NCBI GenBank assembly: GCA_023397475.1
Contig: JAEWUD010000047.1
Location: forward strand, 3,543 to 67,542
From: Bacillota bacterium
Lineage (GTDB): Bacteria > Bacillota > Clostridia > Saccharofermentanales > Saccharofermentanaceae
DNA: 64,000 bases
Reading direction: 5' to 3'
Numbering within the stretch: the first letter of the stretch is position 1; each line of letters starts with the position of its first letter. The position numbers and the translations under genes were made by a program. Positions 7,439 through 16,669 of this stretch are shown here, piece by piece. The notes beneath the pieces are model-generated. The model searched no databases. It was given only the letters and a program-made list of their open reading frames with translations, and had not been told where the DNA came from.

Positions 7439-10030
7439 TTGGACGATCTATTTCTCTTTGACAGTGATGACCAACAGCCGATTGCTAAGGCACCGGCGGC
7501 GGAGGACAATAGCCAATTTTACACGGCGCCGGCCACGAGCGAACCCTTGCCTGCGGCGTGGGACGAGAGTATGCTCGCAGGTCTCAATCCTGAGCAGAAG
7601 GAGGCCGTGTGTCATCATGAGGGGCCGCTTCTGATCCTGGCGGGCGCGGGCTCCGGGAAGACGCGCGTCATCACCTTCCGTATCGCGTACCTCCTGCGCG
7701 TTCGCAAGGTGCGCCCGTCGTCGATTCTGGCGATCACCTTCACGAACAAGGCGGCGAACGAGATGAAGGAGCGTATCCGCGATCTTGTGGGCGACACAGC
7801 TTCGTATATGTGGGTAGGCACTTTCCACTCGATGTTCTCACGCATCTTGCGTCGGCATGCCGAACTTCTGGGTTTCACGCGGAGTTTCTCGATTCTTGAT
7901 ACGGACGATCAGCTGAAGGCGATTAAGGAGTGCATCTCCGAGATGAACCTGAATGACAAGATCTTCATTCCGCGATCGATTGCCGGTGAGATCAGCCGGG
8001 CCAAGAATGAGATGACGACACCGGAGATGATGGAGCGAGATGCGGGAGCTGACTTCCGCCTCTCTAAGACGGCGGCGATCTACCGCCGGTATAAGGAGAA
8101 GATGCGCGCCGCGAACGCGATGGATTTTGATGATATTCTTTACTACGCCGTCGAGCTTTTCGAGAAGAATGCCGATGTGCTGACGTATTATCAGGAGCAG
8201 TTCCGCTATATTATGGTCGATGAGTATCAGGATACGAATCACGCGCAGTACCGACTGATTCTGCAACTTGCCAAACTCTATCACAATCTGTGCGTCGTCG
8301 GCGACGATGATCAGTCGATTTATTCTTTTCGCGGCGCTAATATCCGGAACATTCTCGATTTTGAGAAGGATTTCCGCAATACGAAGGTGATTAAGCTTGA
8401 GCAGAATTACCGCTCGACGGATAATATTCTGCAGGCGGCAAACAGCTTGATCCGTCGGAACTCCTCGCGCAAGAGCAAGACCTTGCGCACAGAGCTCGGC
8501 GCGGGGGAGAAGATCACGTGGTACAGCGCGGACCACCACGGGGCGGAGGCGTACTATGTGACGGATCAGATCAACCGATTGATCGCAACGAAGAAGTTCG
8601 CATATAAGGATATCGCAGTTCTTTATCGTATGAACGCCTTGTCGAGAACGATTGAGACGGCGCTGCGCGAGCAGGGGATTCCGTATCGCGTCTACGGCGG
8701 ACAGCGGTTCTATGACCGTAAGGAGATTAAGGACATTCTGGCGTATCTCAGACTGATTATGTCGCCGGATGACAATTATGCGTTCGACCGCGTTATCAAT
8801 GTACCTAAGCGAGGGATCGGCGACACAACGGTCGAGAAACTTCGGGAGATCGCGCTTCGCGAGAATTGCGGCCTTTTAACCGTCTGCGCTTCGGCGGCCG
8901 TGTATCCGGAGCTGCAACGCTCGGCGCCGCGCCTGATGCAGTTCTACGATCTGATCGTCTCTTTTCGCGAAAAGATTGACGAGAATAAGATGAACTTCGC
9001 CGAATTCATCGAGTTTGTTCAGGATCAGTCGGGCATGATGCAGGAGATCATCGAGCAGAAGGAGAAGAAGGGGGAGACGGTCGACCGTGTCGAGAACCTG
9101 AAGGAACTCTTATCGGAAGCGGTTGAATTTGAAACGCGCAGAAGAAGTCTCCGGCCTGTTGATGAAGAGAATGACGATATCGCTTCGGATGCGATCGACA
9201 CCGACAATTTCGAGAGCCTCGATGCGACCTTTTCTACGGATCTTCGCGGAATCCTTGAGGCGTATCTGGAGAACGCCGCGCTATATTCCGAAGGCGATAA
9301 CGACGATACGAACGATGACTTCGTCCGCCTTCTCACGATTCACAGCGCCAAGGGTCTGGAATTCGGCGTCGTCTTTCTTGTCGGTGCCGAGGAGGGATTG
9401 TTCCCGAGCGCACGGTCGATCGAGAGCAACGAAGCGATCGAGGAGGAGCGTCGGTTAGCTTATGTGGCGATTACGCGCGCGAAAAAGAAACTCCACATCA
9501 TCTCCTCGCGAAGCCGGATTGTGTTCGGGCAGACGCAGCAGATGCCGCCATCGCGGTTTATTCTGGAGGTCGATCAGACATACATCGAGCCGATCGGAAC
9601 GATGCGCAAGTCCTTTGTCGATTCGAACGATGAACTCAGTCGCTATCGCACGGCACCCGGAGCCGCGGGCGGACGGACAACCACCGGAGTTTCGGGATAT
9701 CCGGCTCGCGGGGGCGCGACCGTCGGTTCGGGATTCTCGTCCGGAAGTTCCGGATCAACGGTTGGCGGAATGGCGGCGTTCGGACGTGTGCCGGGGTATT
9801 CCGGAACCACGGTTGCGAGCGGTACAGGTTCTTCTGCGGGAGGAGATTCGGCGGATTACCTGACGCCGGAGACGATCGCGAAGGGCATGGATGTCAAACA
9901 CCCGCGCTTCGGCAAGGGCCGCGTCATCACGGTGGAGAAGGTTGCGGGAGACGCATTGGTCGCCGTCGCGTTCGATAACAAGACGACGAAGAATATGCTT
10001 GTCCGTCAGGCGAAACTGGTCAAGGCGTAA
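7439..10030 (+). CDS. pcrA: ATP-dependent DNA helicase PcrA/UvrD family
   Basis: Walker A AGAGSGKT, DEYQDTN, and the VTRAKKKL-like motif ITRAKKKL. C-terminal Gly/Ser linker plus a Tudor-like domain. The start is set at TTG 7439 behind GGAGGA, because the longer ORF contains the hpf terminator. Confidence 0.9.
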   Translation: MDDLFLFDSDDQQPIAKAPAAEDNSQFYTAPATSEPLPAAWDESMLAGLNPEQKEAVCHHEGPLLILAGAGSGKTRVITFRIAYLLRVRKVRPSSILAITFTNKAANEMKERIRDLVGDTASYMWVGTFHSMFSRILRRHAELLGFTRSFSILDTDDQLKAIKECISEMNLNDKIFIPRSIAGEISRAKNEMTTPEMMERDAGADFRLSKTAAIYRRYKEKMRAANAMDFDDILYYAVELFEKNADVLTYYQEQFRYIMVDEYQDTNHAQYRLILQLAKLYHNLCVVGDDDQSIYSFRGANIRNILDFEKDFRNTKVIKLEQNYRSTDNILQAANSLIRRNSSRKSKTLRTELGAGEKITWYSADHHGAEAYYVTDQINRLIATKKFAYKDIAVLYRMNALSRTIETALREQGIPYRVYGGQRFYDRKEIKDILAYLRLIMSPDDNYAFDRVINVPKRGIGDTTVEKLREIALRENCGLLTVCASAAVYPELQRSAPRLMQFYDLIVSFREKIDENKMNFAEFIEFVQDQSGMMQEIIEQKEKKGETVDRVENLKELLSEAVEFETRRRSLRPVDEENDDIASDAIDTDNFESLDATFSTDLRGILEAYLENAALYSEGDNDDTNDDFVRLLTIHSAKGLEFGVVFLVGAEEGLFPSARSIESNEAIEEERRLAYVAITRAKKKLHIISSRSRIVFGQTQQMPPSRFILEVDQTYIEPIGTMRKSFVDSNDELSRYRTAPGAAGGRTTTGVSGYPARGGATVGSGFSSGSSGSTVGGMAAFGRVPGYSGTTVASGTGSSAGGDSADYLTPETIAKGMDVKHPRFGKGRVITVEKVAGDALVAVAFDNKTTKNMLVRQAKLVKA

Positions 10031-10050
10031 GGTGCCCGCCCTGCGTCATA

Positions 10051-10059
10051 TGGTATAAT
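10051..10059 (+). promoter_or_regulatory. Extended -10 element (TGGTATAAT) upstream of dgt
   Basis: TGnTATAAT match 27 nt upstream of ATG 10086. Confidence 0.3.
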
Positions 10060-10085
10060 GACAAGGGCAAAGAGAGGTCTTACTT

Positions 10086-11318
10086 ATGGACTATGATGAT
10101 AAAGTACAGAGCCTGTTTGACGATATTCCATCCGGCGAGGAGATCGGGCGTTCAGCGGTCGATCTGACGGATAATCCGAGAGATCGGGAGCTCCTGGCGA
10201 TGTTGCGCGACGAGCGGGAGAAGTATCTGTCCCCGTATGCGTTTCGCAGCCGTGACAGCCGCGGGCGCTTATTTCCCGAAGAGAAATGCACGGTGCGTTC
10301 GGACTTCGAACGAGACACCGGACGGATTATCTACTCGCAGGCTTTTCGCAGACTTCGCCACAAGACGCAGGTCTTCTTCAACCCCCAGAACGATCATATC
10401 TGCTCGCGCATTGAGCATGTTATCTATGTGAACTACATCGCGACAACGATCGCTCGCGCGTTAAATCTGAATCTGGATCTCGTACAGGCGATCTCGCTCG
10501 GCCATGATATCGGTCATGCGCCGTATGGGCATTCCGGCGAGCGCACGTTGAATGCGTGTGTACAGGCAAGGGATTCTTCTCTCTATTTCCAGCATGAATT
10601 ACAGAGCCTGCGTGTCGCGGATATACTTTCATCGCGTAAAGATAAGGGTAGGGGCATGAATCTGTCCTTTGAGGTGCGCGACGGAATCGCATCCCATTGC
10701 GGGGAGACATACAGCGAATACCGGCTCCATCCGGACCGATCGAAATCGACCGAATCTATCCTCGAATATTGTAAGGGGCGTCACCCGATGCCGGCGACTC
10801 TCGAGGGTTGTGTCGTCCGAATCGCTGACAAGATCGCGTATATCGGACGGGATATCGAGGACGCGGCGAGAGCCGGGATTATGGAGTTTGAAGACATTCC
10901 GCCGGCGATCACATCGACGCTCGGATCGACGAACTCACAGATCATTCACACCTTGGTGACGGATATCATTCACAACAGTCTCGACAGAGATCAGATCTGT
11001 ATGTCCGATGAGGCGGGGTCTGCGATGGAGCAACTCCTGAAGGAGAATGTCAGTCGAATTTATCGATCGGAGAAGATCAAGCGTTATGAGACGCGGGTGA
11101 AGAATACCGTAGAGGGACTTTTCGAGGCGCTGATGAACGCGATAACTGATCCGGAGAAGTCTTTGGCCTCCCGAAATCCGGTTTTTGTCGGGCTGGTCGA
11201 ATATGCGCAGGGTTATCCTGTGGAAGGTGCCTCGGGTCTTCAGATTGTCACGGATTATATCGCGGGGATGACGGATTCCTACGCGGATAAGTGTTATGAG
11301 ATGATTTACTGGGTGTGA
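10086..11318 (+). CDS. dgt: dGTPase-like dNTP triphosphohydrolase (HD domain)
   Basis: FERDTGRIIYSQAFRRLRHKTQVF and HDIGHAPYGHSGE motifs. Confidence 0.88.
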   Translation: MDYDDKVQSLFDDIPSGEEIGRSAVDLTDNPRDRELLAMLRDEREKYLSPYAFRSRDSRGRLFPEEKCTVRSDFERDTGRIIYSQAFRRLRHKTQVFFNPQNDHICSRIEHVIYVNYIATTIARALNLNLDLVQAISLGHDIGHAPYGHSGERTLNACVQARDSSLYFQHELQSLRVADILSSRKDKGRGMNLSFEVRDGIASHCGETYSEYRLHPDRSKSTESILEYCKGRHPMPATLEGCVVRIADKIAYIGRDIEDAARAGIMEFEDIPPAITSTLGSTNSQIIHTLVTDIIHNSLDRDQICMSDEAGSAMEQLLKENVSRIYRSEKIKRYETRVKNTVEGLFEALMNAITDPEKSLASRNPVFVGLVEYAQGYPVEGASGLQIVTDYIAGMTDSYADKCYEMIYWV

Positions 11319-11325
11319 GGTTACG

Positions 11326-11967
11326 ATGATGGAAGATATGGCGAATCCTGTTGCCGCAGCAAATGACGAATATTCCTTCTACGCGATGCTGGACCGGATG
11401 CAATACATCGGCCGGTGGGGACTGATGCGGAATAATCGTACCGAGAATCTGAAGGAGCACAGTATGGATGTTGCGATGATCGCGCATTCGCTGGCGACGA
11501 TCCGCAACCGTTTTTTCGCGGACGGGAGAGAGCCGATGGATGCTCTTTACGTGATGGGTGTCGCACTTCTTCATGACGCGGCGGAGATTATTACGGGCGA
11601 TCTGCCGACGCCGATCAAGTATTACAGCCCGGAGATCACCGAGGCCTACAAGAAGGTCGAGGGACGTGCGACGGAGACGCTTCTCGGACTTCTGCCCGAG
11701 GAGCTCAAGGGGGACTACCGAAGCCTGTTCTCGCCGGACGCGAGTACGAACGCGGGCCGTGAGGTTCTGGCCGTGGTCAAGGCTGCGGATAAGATCAGCG
11801 CGTATATCAAGTGCGTTACGGAAGAACAGTCCGGCAACCACGAATTCTCCTCCGCAAAGGATTCTCTGGCACAAACCATCCAGCATATTGATCTGCCGGA
11901 GGTCCGTTACTTCCTCGAGCATTTCCTGCCGGCTTATGGCAGAACTCTCGATCAGATCAGCAGGTAA
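11326..11967 (+). CDS. yfbR: 5'-deoxynucleotidase, YfbR-like HD-domain protein
   Basis: RWGLMRN..ENLKEHS and LLHDAAEIITGDLPTPIK motifs. Confidence 0.85.
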   Translation: MMEDMANPVAAANDEYSFYAMLDRMQYIGRWGLMRNNRTENLKEHSMDVAMIAHSLATIRNRFFADGREPMDALYVMGVALLHDAAEIITGDLPTPIKYYSPEITEAYKKVEGRATETLLGLLPEELKGDYRSLFSPDASTNAGREVLAVVKAADKISAYIKCVTEEQSGNHEFSSAKDSLAQTIQHIDLPEVRYFLEHFLPAYGRTLDQISR

Positions 11968-11974
11968 CGGGCGC

Positions 11975-14542
11975 ATGCGGGTAAGAAGACTTCGGATTTC
12001 CTATTTGCTTGCCGCAGTGGCGCTCTTGTTATCAGCTGTCATTGGTCTGATTCTCTCGCGAACTCTGTGGGCTTCACAGGAGAGACGGGAACTTGATGCG
12101 AACGAGTCGGCGATTGTGACACGGGTACTCGCGTCAACTTCTCTGAGCGGTGAGAATGTATGGATGGACGAGATCTCTTCCGGTCGTTCCACCTTGAATG
12201 AGTTTGTGCGACATTGTTTTACGGGCACGACATATCTCCTCTCGGGCAAGGATGACGCTGCCTTTGCGTCGGACCTCTCGTTTGCGCTCTATGGAAGTGT
12301 AGATCAGAGTGCCAATATTGCCGCGCTTCTGTCGGAACAATCCCGTGTGTATGTCATTGAGAGCCTGCTGTATTCACTCAATACAGGCTATTCTCCGGCA
12401 TTCTCGCCGGATGCAGATGCGGCTGCGACACGGGTTCTCGCCGTAAACCTCGAGGATCCGATTCACGATGAGGAGAATTTCGCGTTTGGGATTCGCAAGG
12501 TTGGAGGGACGATAACCATTTCGGGTGATCAGGCGCGGACGGATTTCTACGTGGACGGAGATCTCAAGCCGGGACAACTGCAACTCTCGAGTGATTCCGG
12601 AGAATCCAGTCGATTCTCCTTGCTGTGGGATACCCGTCGGGAAGTCCCCGGTGAACACTCGGTTCAGGTTCTTCTGCGGACCAGTGACGGACGCGGAACT
12701 ATCCTTACCGGGGGGAGAGTCATGTTGCCGGAGTTCTTGCCGCTGATCAACGACGGCGTGCAGATGGGTACTCTCAAGGCGAATGATTCGGACGTCTGGT
12801 ACAATCTTGACGCCATGGACCGGAATGCGTACGTCAATTTTGTCAACGCGTCGGGTGATCTTCTCGTCACGATGTATGACGGCAATGGCAACAAGATCGG
12901 AACCAATGATCTTCCGGGTTTGTCTGTCGAGATTCTGCGAGGGAAGAAACAGGAGATTATTGCGGGAGACGGGTCAGATCCCTTTGTTGACCCGCCGCAG
13001 AATATGTTCTATGTTCGCGTCCAGAAGGGGAAAACAGCCGCTATCAGTGCGGATATTACATATCTGATGGTACAGAGCAAGAATGTCGCCCGGGATTCGG
13101 ATGGGAACTACTACGCGGTGGTCGGCGAACTTCCGCCCGTGCCCACACCGTATCCATCTGTTGCTCCTGCGGTAGATATTCTGGAAGAGACAATTTCCCT
13201 CAAGGACAACAATTCGAATGTGGTGTCGCTCAAGAGATCGGAGATAACCATCCTGCCAATCAACGGCTGCCTGTCGTCGCTGGCTTTCCGGTTCGCCGAC
13301 GGGTCGAAGGTTCCCACATACCCGCTTTTCGCGCCGGAGGAACAGGCGTACGGCTATGTGGATGCCGGCTCGAACGCCATGCTTCAGATCGAGGCCGTCG
13401 CGGCGGAAGGATATGCGGCCAAGGTCGAGATTCTGGCAGAGTCGTCGGCTGTCAATGGGATCGTCGATCCCTTATCGATTCCGATCGCGCCGTCACGCAA
13501 TATTATTCGCGTTCGTGTCACGGATTTTGACGGCATAGTAACGGAATACCCGCTCTACTATCTCTCGGGATCGGACAGTGAAGGGTATGACGTAGATACA
13601 CTGGTAAAGTTTCCGGCGAGCTATCGGAGCGGCCTGTGGTTGATGCATAATTTGGCGCCGAATTATCGCTTCGTGGCAGTTGAGACGGGGGTCTCATGGA
13701 CGGATCTGATGGCTGAACAAGACAAGAAGGATCGCAGTCTCGTCAGTGACACGTACAGTCCGGGCTGGGTCAAGGACGGAAGTCCTGTTTATGATGGCAG
13801 CTCCTGGCGATCGGCGCGTACAGAGGTTGTGTCGTATTTTCTGGACCCGCGGAATTTCTTCGACCCGGTCTATATCTTCCAGTTTGAGAAGCTGTCGTTT
13901 GATATAAATATTCATACGATCGACGGGGTAAGAAGTATCGTGAAGAATTCTTTCCTGGAGGCGGGGGATCCCGACTTTGCGCAGATCCTCTTGTCGGCGG
14001 GTCAGGATGCCGGAATCTCACCGTATTTTCTCGCGAGCCGGATCATCCAGGAGATGGGGCGTCAGGGGCAATCAATGCTGTCGACCGGAACCTTGCCGGG
14101 CTATGAAGGATATTATAATTTCTACAATATCGGATCGACGCCGAATCCGGAGGTGGAGAACGGCGCATTGATCAACGGAGCGAAATACGCGATGTGGGGC
14201 AAAGATCCCCAGTTCAAGGATTTGACTCCGGAGGAGGAGGCACTGCTTCTGCCGTGGACGACTCCGGATCTTGCGATTCGCGGCGGTGCAATGTGGATTG
14301 CCGGAAGTTATGTCGATATCGGTCAGGATACTCTGTATTTCCAGAAGTTTGATGTAATCAATAACGAGGATGGACTCTTTAAGCATCAGTACGCACAGAA
14401 TGTTCAGATGGCCTATTCGGAGAGTGCCCGTTATTATCGGGCGTACCTGTCACAGAACATGATCGGAGAACCGTTTGTCTTCGAAATACCGGTATATTCC
14501 AATATGCCGGACGCTTACGGAATGTTGCCGCCGCCGATTTGA
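11975..14542 (+). CDS. Membrane-anchored cell-wall hydrolase with a cadherin-like beta-sandwich and a C-terminal GH73 N-acetylglucosaminidase domain
   Basis: Start ATG 11975 (MRVRRLRISYLLAAVALLLSAVIGLIL, TM anchor). The C-terminus ...YFLASRIIQEMG...YNFYNIG...YFQKFDV...HQYAQNV is typical of GH73. The longer ORF from 11558 overlaps yfbR and was rejected. Confidence 0.8.
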   Translation: MRVRRLRISYLLAAVALLLSAVIGLILSRTLWASQERRELDANESAIVTRVLASTSLSGENVWMDEISSGRSTLNEFVRHCFTGTTYLLSGKDDAAFASDLSFALYGSVDQSANIAALLSEQSRVYVIESLLYSLNTGYSPAFSPDADAAATRVLAVNLEDPIHDEENFAFGIRKVGGTITISGDQARTDFYVDGDLKPGQLQLSSDSGESSRFSLLWDTRREVPGEHSVQVLLRTSDGRGTILTGGRVMLPEFLPLINDGVQMGTLKANDSDVWYNLDAMDRNAYVNFVNASGDLLVTMYDGNGNKIGTNDLPGLSVEILRGKKQEIIAGDGSDPFVDPPQNMFYVRVQKGKTAAISADITYLMVQSKNVARDSDGNYYAVVGELPPVPTPYPSVAPAVDILEETISLKDNNSNVVSLKRSEITILPINGCLSSLAFRFADGSKVPTYPLFAPEEQAYGYVDAGSNAMLQIEAVAAEGYAAKVEILAESSAVNGIVDPLSIPIAPSRNIIRVRVTDFDGIVTEYPLYYLSGSDSEGYDVDTLVKFPASYRSGLWLMHNLAPNYRFVAVETGVSWTDLMAEQDKKDRSLVSDTYSPGWVKDGSPVYDGSSWRSARTEVVSYFLDPRNFFDPVYIFQFEKLSFDINIHTIDGVRSIVKNSFLEAGDPDFAQILLSAGQDAGISPYFLASRIIQEMGRQGQSMLSTGTLPGYEGYYNFYNIGSTPNPEVENGALINGAKYAMWGKDPQFKDLTPEEEALLLPWTTPDLAIRGGAMWIAGSYVDIGQDTLYFQKFDVINNEDGLFKHQYAQNVQMAYSESARYYRAYLSQNMIGEPFVFEIPVYSNMPDAYGMLPPPI

Positions 14543-14612
14543 TGCTTTGACGCCGGTATGTGTATAATACGTAGGGAAAAGATCCTTTTGAAGGATATAG
14601 AGGAGGACATAC

Positions 14613-16079
14613 ATGAAGCTTAGAAGAATTCTGACAGCGGCCTTTATGGCTACCGTGCTTCTTCTGCAGACAACAGCCATGCTCCGCGCTGACGCATCTT
14701 TGACGGTGAATCTGTCGTCGTCCGAGGATCCTGTGAAATCGGGAGATACCATATCTGTTCGCGTGAACTTCAGTAATTTTCCGAACCTGACACGTTTCGG
14801 ACCGATTGAGGTCGCATTTGATCCTGCCTATGTAACCTTTTCGGGAATGGACAAGGGCGGAGATATGCCCTCGACCTTCTCTGTCACAAGCACCGCATCG
14901 ACCAGTGTCATCTCGATTGCCGGTCTCGATCAGACGGTCGAGTCTCAGGTCGCCACGAACGCGACGGCTCCTACGGTGGACGATTCCGGAAATCCGATCG
15001 CGCCGCCTGCGGATCCGAGTATGTTTTCCGGGGAGCGGGTGACGGTCTGTGTTCTGTATTTCAAGGTGATTGAGAATGTCAAGAAGGGCGATGCCAAGTT
15101 CTCGCTGGGGAGCCTCGGCGGATTCAAGAATAGTACGATGTCGCAGGTTACCGCGACCGTCGGAAATTCTGCCACCGTTCCCGTCGAGAGCATCATGTCG
15201 TCGAATGCATCTCTTGCGGCGATGACGATTGAAGATGTTCTCTTCACGCCGGAGTTCTCGCCATCGGTTTTCCAGTATGAAGCACATGTCTCCCGAAGTG
15301 TGACATCGATCAAGGTCATTGCTTCGGCCGCGGACCCGACGGCAGTTGTAACGATAACCGGAGCGGATAATCTCGTGGTCGGCTCGAATCAGGTTGTGAT
15401 CAAAGTAGACGCGCAGGATGGGCAGACAGCTCTCACGTATACGATAACGGTTGTTCGGGACGCGAACTTTGTGCCGGAGGGCGCGACGATCGCGGATAAG
15501 AACGGTAAGGTATATACGTTTGCCGAGTTGCCGCAAGCCCTTCCGCTGCCTTTTAACTTTGTTCAGGAGTCGAGAATTATCGGCGAGAATACCGTTCCCG
15601 TATTTACGGGAAGCGGCGTCAAGAGCCTGCTTCTGTATCTGCAGGACGGCGAGAATGCTCCTGAGCTCTTTCAATATTTTCCCGATACCGCAGAGATCCG
15701 CAAGTTCCTTCCCGGTGCGACCCTTTATCAGGCGGCTCAGCTGCTGACGATCACGAAGGTAACCGCCGGCGTTCCGATTCCGTCCGGTTTTGCAGAGAAG
15801 GATACGACGGTCAACGGTATAACGGTGAAGGCCTTTGTGGACCAGGAAGATACGACATTAATCTATCTGACCGACGAAGCCGGTGTGAGCGGTTTCTATA
15901 TCTTCGATCCTGCCGACGGCTCATTATGTCCGTATGTCGATAAGGACAACTCCTCCACGTTCCTTGTGCCGTTCATCATCGCATCCGTCGTTGCGGTCGC
16001 AGAATTTTTCATGCTCGTATTTATTATTCAACAGATTCGGCGCCGGTTCCGGCCGTCGGAGGAAGTGAGACACGTATAA
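14613..16079 (+). CDS. Cell-surface protein with an N-terminal cohesin-like domain, a cadherin-like beta-sandwich domain and a C-terminal TM anchor
   Basis: Signal peptide, a cohesin-like segment (SGDTISVRVNFSNFPNLTRFGPIEVAFDPAYVTF), SNASLAAMTIEDVLFTPEFSPSVFQYEAHV, and a C-terminal hydrophobic helix plus RRRFR. Confidence 0.75.
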   Translation: MKLRRILTAAFMATVLLLQTTAMLRADASLTVNLSSSEDPVKSGDTISVRVNFSNFPNLTRFGPIEVAFDPAYVTFSGMDKGGDMPSTFSVTSTASTSVISIAGLDQTVESQVATNATAPTVDDSGNPIAPPADPSMFSGERVTVCVLYFKVIENVKKGDAKFSLGSLGGFKNSTMSQVTATVGNSATVPVESIMSSNASLAAMTIEDVLFTPEFSPSVFQYEAHVSRSVTSIKVIASAADPTAVVTITGADNLVVGSNQVVIKVDAQDGQTALTYTITVVRDANFVPEGATIADKNGKVYTFAELPQALPLPFNFVQESRIIGENTVPVFTGSGVKSLLLYLQDGENAPELFQYFPDTAEIRKFLPGATLYQAAQLLTITKVTAGVPIPSGFAEKDTTVNGITVKAFVDQEDTTLIYLTDEAGVSGFYIFDPADGSLCPYVDKDNSSTFLVPFIIASVVAVAEFFMLVFIIQQIRRRFRPSEEVRHV

Positions 16080-16666
16080 TGGCTTCATTAAGCGCATGGA
16101 TTCGCGGTGATTCTACTCTTTCGGCCTCGGAGAAGAAGACGCGGGAGATCGTCCTGTATTTTATTTTCGGCGCGTTGACGACGCTGGTGAACCTTATATC
16201 ATTCATCGGATTCGACAAGCTGTTTGGCATGTATGAAGTGCCCCTGACGATTGCCGCCCTTCGTTTCGACCTGTTGGACGCGGTGAACACGACGATCGCC
16301 TGGATACTCGCGGTTCTGTTTGCCTTTGTGACGAACCGTGCCTTTGTATTCTGTTCGAAGGGTCCCTTTTTTCGCGAGATGATCGGATTCTTCTCGTCTC
16401 GAATCCTGACCTTGATCGTGTTTGAGATCGGATTTCTGCAGTTGGGCATTCTTATCGTCGAACAAGTGCTGCTACAGAGTAAAGATACGTCGATCTTCGC
16501 GATCGGGACTTTCACCGTGACCTATCTCTATATGGTCAAGATCGCGATTGCCGTATTCGTGGTGATCGGTAATTATATTTTGAGCAAGCTCTTCGTATTC
16601 CGTCAGAAGAAATCCAACCCCGCCGCGACAAACGATGCGGAATCTGACGCCGGGAAGGAGACCTGA
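16079..16666 (+). CDS. GtrA family membrane protein
   Basis: 195 aa with four TM segments and a GtrA-like N-terminus (YFIFGALTTLVNLISF). The ATG overlaps the upstream TAA (TAATG). Confidence 0.75.
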   Translation: MASLSAWIRGDSTLSASEKKTREIVLYFIFGALTTLVNLISFIGFDKLFGMYEVPLTIAALRFDLLDAVNTTIAWILAVLFAFVTNRAFVFCSKGPFFREMIGFFSSRILTLIVFEIGFLQLGILIVEQVLLQSKDTSIFAIGTFTVTYLYMVKIAIAVFVVIGNYILSKLFVFRQKKSNPAATNDAESDAGKET

Positions 16667-16669
16667 CGC

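Noticed and set aside
10086-11318. The dGTPase as a stand-alone anti-phage defence gene
   Set aside because: It sits in a housekeeping row (hpf, pcrA, yfbR, folC, thrC) with no neighbouring defence or mobile genes. Sequence alone cannot separate housekeeping from defence clades, so it is kept only as a low-interest note.
11558-11974. The long N-terminal extension of the autolysin ORF (994 aa), and likewise 17742-18098 for the gene after folC
   Set aside because: The extensions overlap yfbR and folC in another frame and translate to Arg/Ser-rich nonsense. Good internal ATGs with an RBS (at 18099) or a signal-anchor sequence (at 11975) exist.
14379-15674. A 431-aa ORF antisense to the cohesin-domain gene. 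Similar long antisense ORFs lie at 21704-23167 (opposite prfC), 52816-53835 (opposite greA/lysS), 24499-25437 (opposite malQ) and 7838-8539 (opposite pcrA).
   Set aside because: All lie opposite genes with strong family signatures and give Arg/His-rich compositionally odd translations with no start context.
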